In this document: positions 62,901-64,000 of the stretch, in pieces | Layout: every line of letters starts with the position of its first letter | How positions within the stretch are numbered: position 1 is the stretch's first letter | Origin: Klebsormidium nitens | Lineage: Eukaryota > Plantae > Klebsormidiophyceae | DNA: 64,000 bases | Assembly: GCA_000708835.1 (NCBI GenBank) | Contig: DF236952.1 | Coordinates: 310,001-374,000, forward strand | Direction of reading: 5' to 3' | The notes under the pieces: generated by a model | Told to the model about the DNA's origin: nothing | The model's database searches: none | The model's input: only the letters and a program-made list of their open reading frames with translations | Made by a program: the position numbers and the translations under genes

Positions 62901-63689
62901 ATGTTGGAGAAATCGAAGAGAAGCTGATGCAATCACTGAGGTCAGCAACGGGGTCTATCTCTTTTGCAAGGGGCGGTGCGCTCATCCACAATTACGACTG
63001 AGGACAGGTTCAGGTGCCGTAGGGTTTAGGGCTAGGTTAGGCTCATCCCCAGGTTACCGAGAGGTCTTACAGCTTCTCGGTCAGACTTGGGTCGAGTACA
63101 GGGTCAACATCGAGTTCGCATTCTCGTCGTAGTTTCGGTCTGCCTTTTGAAATCAACTTCAGATCTTGGTTTGAGTAAGCCCTGTGGATCAGCCTTTCCC
63201 TTTCTTGATCGTTTTACGCAAAAAGGTCACAGAGTGCTTTCTGATCTTGGTTGAGGAAGCCGTGTGCACCAGCCTTTCCCCTTCTTGGATCCCTTCACTC
63301 AAAAAGGTCACAGAGTGCTTTCTGATCTTGGTTCGCAGGCCGCTTGCAACCTCGACCGGAGTCAGGGCGGCTACAAGGGCCTCTCCACTCCCAACCAGAA
63401 GCGCCAGTTCGAACTGTTCCACTTCAACGGGATCGCGAAGAGCATATCAAACGGGGGGGACGCGAAAGCAAGCACGAGCGGGGGGGGCGCGGAACAACGG
63501 CCGCGGCTTACGAGGTTGAAGGTCACGGTGCCGCCAAAATGGACGCCTGACGAGATGCTGGTAGCGGATAGCATGGAGGCCTTGAAAGAGGAGGAAGCGA
63601 TGCACGCACCGCTGGTGGACTGCATACGCTCGCGGTGGCAGCGCGCGACGTGTAACTGGCACGGGCAAGAAGCGCCCAGCATCGTTTAG
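56934..63689 (+). CDS. MINDY-3/4-type (FAM188/DUF4205) deubiquitinase with N-terminal UIM and EF-hand-like insert
   Basis: Ten exons 56934-57535, 58287-58365, 58999-59120, 59524-59923, 60350-60421, 60991-61098, 61685-61782, 62080-62143, 62568-62738, 63339-63689. Motifs [12 protein letters not shown] (UIM), [13 protein letters not shown] (catalytic Cys), [29 protein letters not shown] (catalytic His), [19 protein letters not shown]. Confidence 0.96.
59620..59740 (+). repeat. Coding minisatellite, 6 units, exact 21-nt period, inside MINDY exon 4
   Basis: CGGACG cores at 59625, 59646, 59667, 59688, 59709, 59730; encodes [38 protein letters not shown]. Confidence 0.92.
63188..63342 (+). repeat. 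Tandem duplication (~80 bp) of the final MINDY intron's 3' end and acceptor
   Basis: Two copies share CAAAAAGGTCACAGAGTGCTTTCTGATCTTGGTT. The second ends in the real acceptor cgcag|gccg, the first in gaggaagccg. Confidence 0.9.
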
Positions 63690-64000
63690 ATGTGCGGGAA
63701 TGTAGTGTGTCACGCCACGCTTTGCTTGCAAAGAGCACGGACTATCATAAGCATGATACGGAATCGGGCCCTCGTCGTAAATCAGCTCAATCCCCGCAAA
63801 GTCCTGGCGTGCATATCATGCAAGCAGGAGAACAGGAAGACGTTCCGGGAGTTGCTTGTTTTGGCAATAACCGAGTGTGTGGTCTCTCAACGCATTAAGG
63901 GTGACTATATACTCCGCTTCCGTTTTCTGCTGAATGCCTGAAGTTGCGTATGGTCTCCCATGGTGCATGGCAAGTGAGCTATCATTGTTGAATCGAGCTA

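Noticed and set aside
63018-63045. Telomere-like GGGTTTAGGGCTAGGTTAGG
   Set aside because: Only one exact TTTAGGG; similar AAACCCT motifs are scattered through introns here, so this is not an interstitial telomere array.

Overview
Eukaryotic nuclear DNA, about 50% GC, intron-rich, with two small assembly gaps. The gene set is plant-like and the style suggests a streptophyte green alga such as Klebsormidium (inference, not verified). The supplied ORF track mostly shows exon fragments or antisense noise, so I rebuilt genes by hand from splice sites, intron phase and family motifs. Recognisable genes: plastid type I signal peptidase (Plsp1-like), NMNAT, a core-2/I-branching (GT14-like/DUF266) glycosyltransferase, La protein, a plastid-targeted stand-alone tRNA-binding OB-fold protein, and a MINDY-family deubiquitinase. 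Poorly characterised genes: a tandem pair of small secreted 10-Cys PAN/apple-like proteins, a single-pass membrane/coiled-coil protein, a 71-aa basic protein, a CCHC-knuckle/coiled-coil gene with a frame break, a secreted C-type-lectin-like/EGF mosaic built only from phase 1-1 exons, and an NTF2/SnoaL-like protein. The most unusual pattern is that three unrelated genes carry intronic 'shadow' copies of their own exon ends plus splice sites. In NMNAT and MINDY these copies differ from the working exon almost only at third codon positions. Also seen: 21-nt-period CGGACG minisatellites inside exons of two unrelated genes, an oriented (TTCAAS)n motif upstream of several genes, and GC-AG introns. 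No rRNA, tRNA, CRISPR array or intact transposon was identified.
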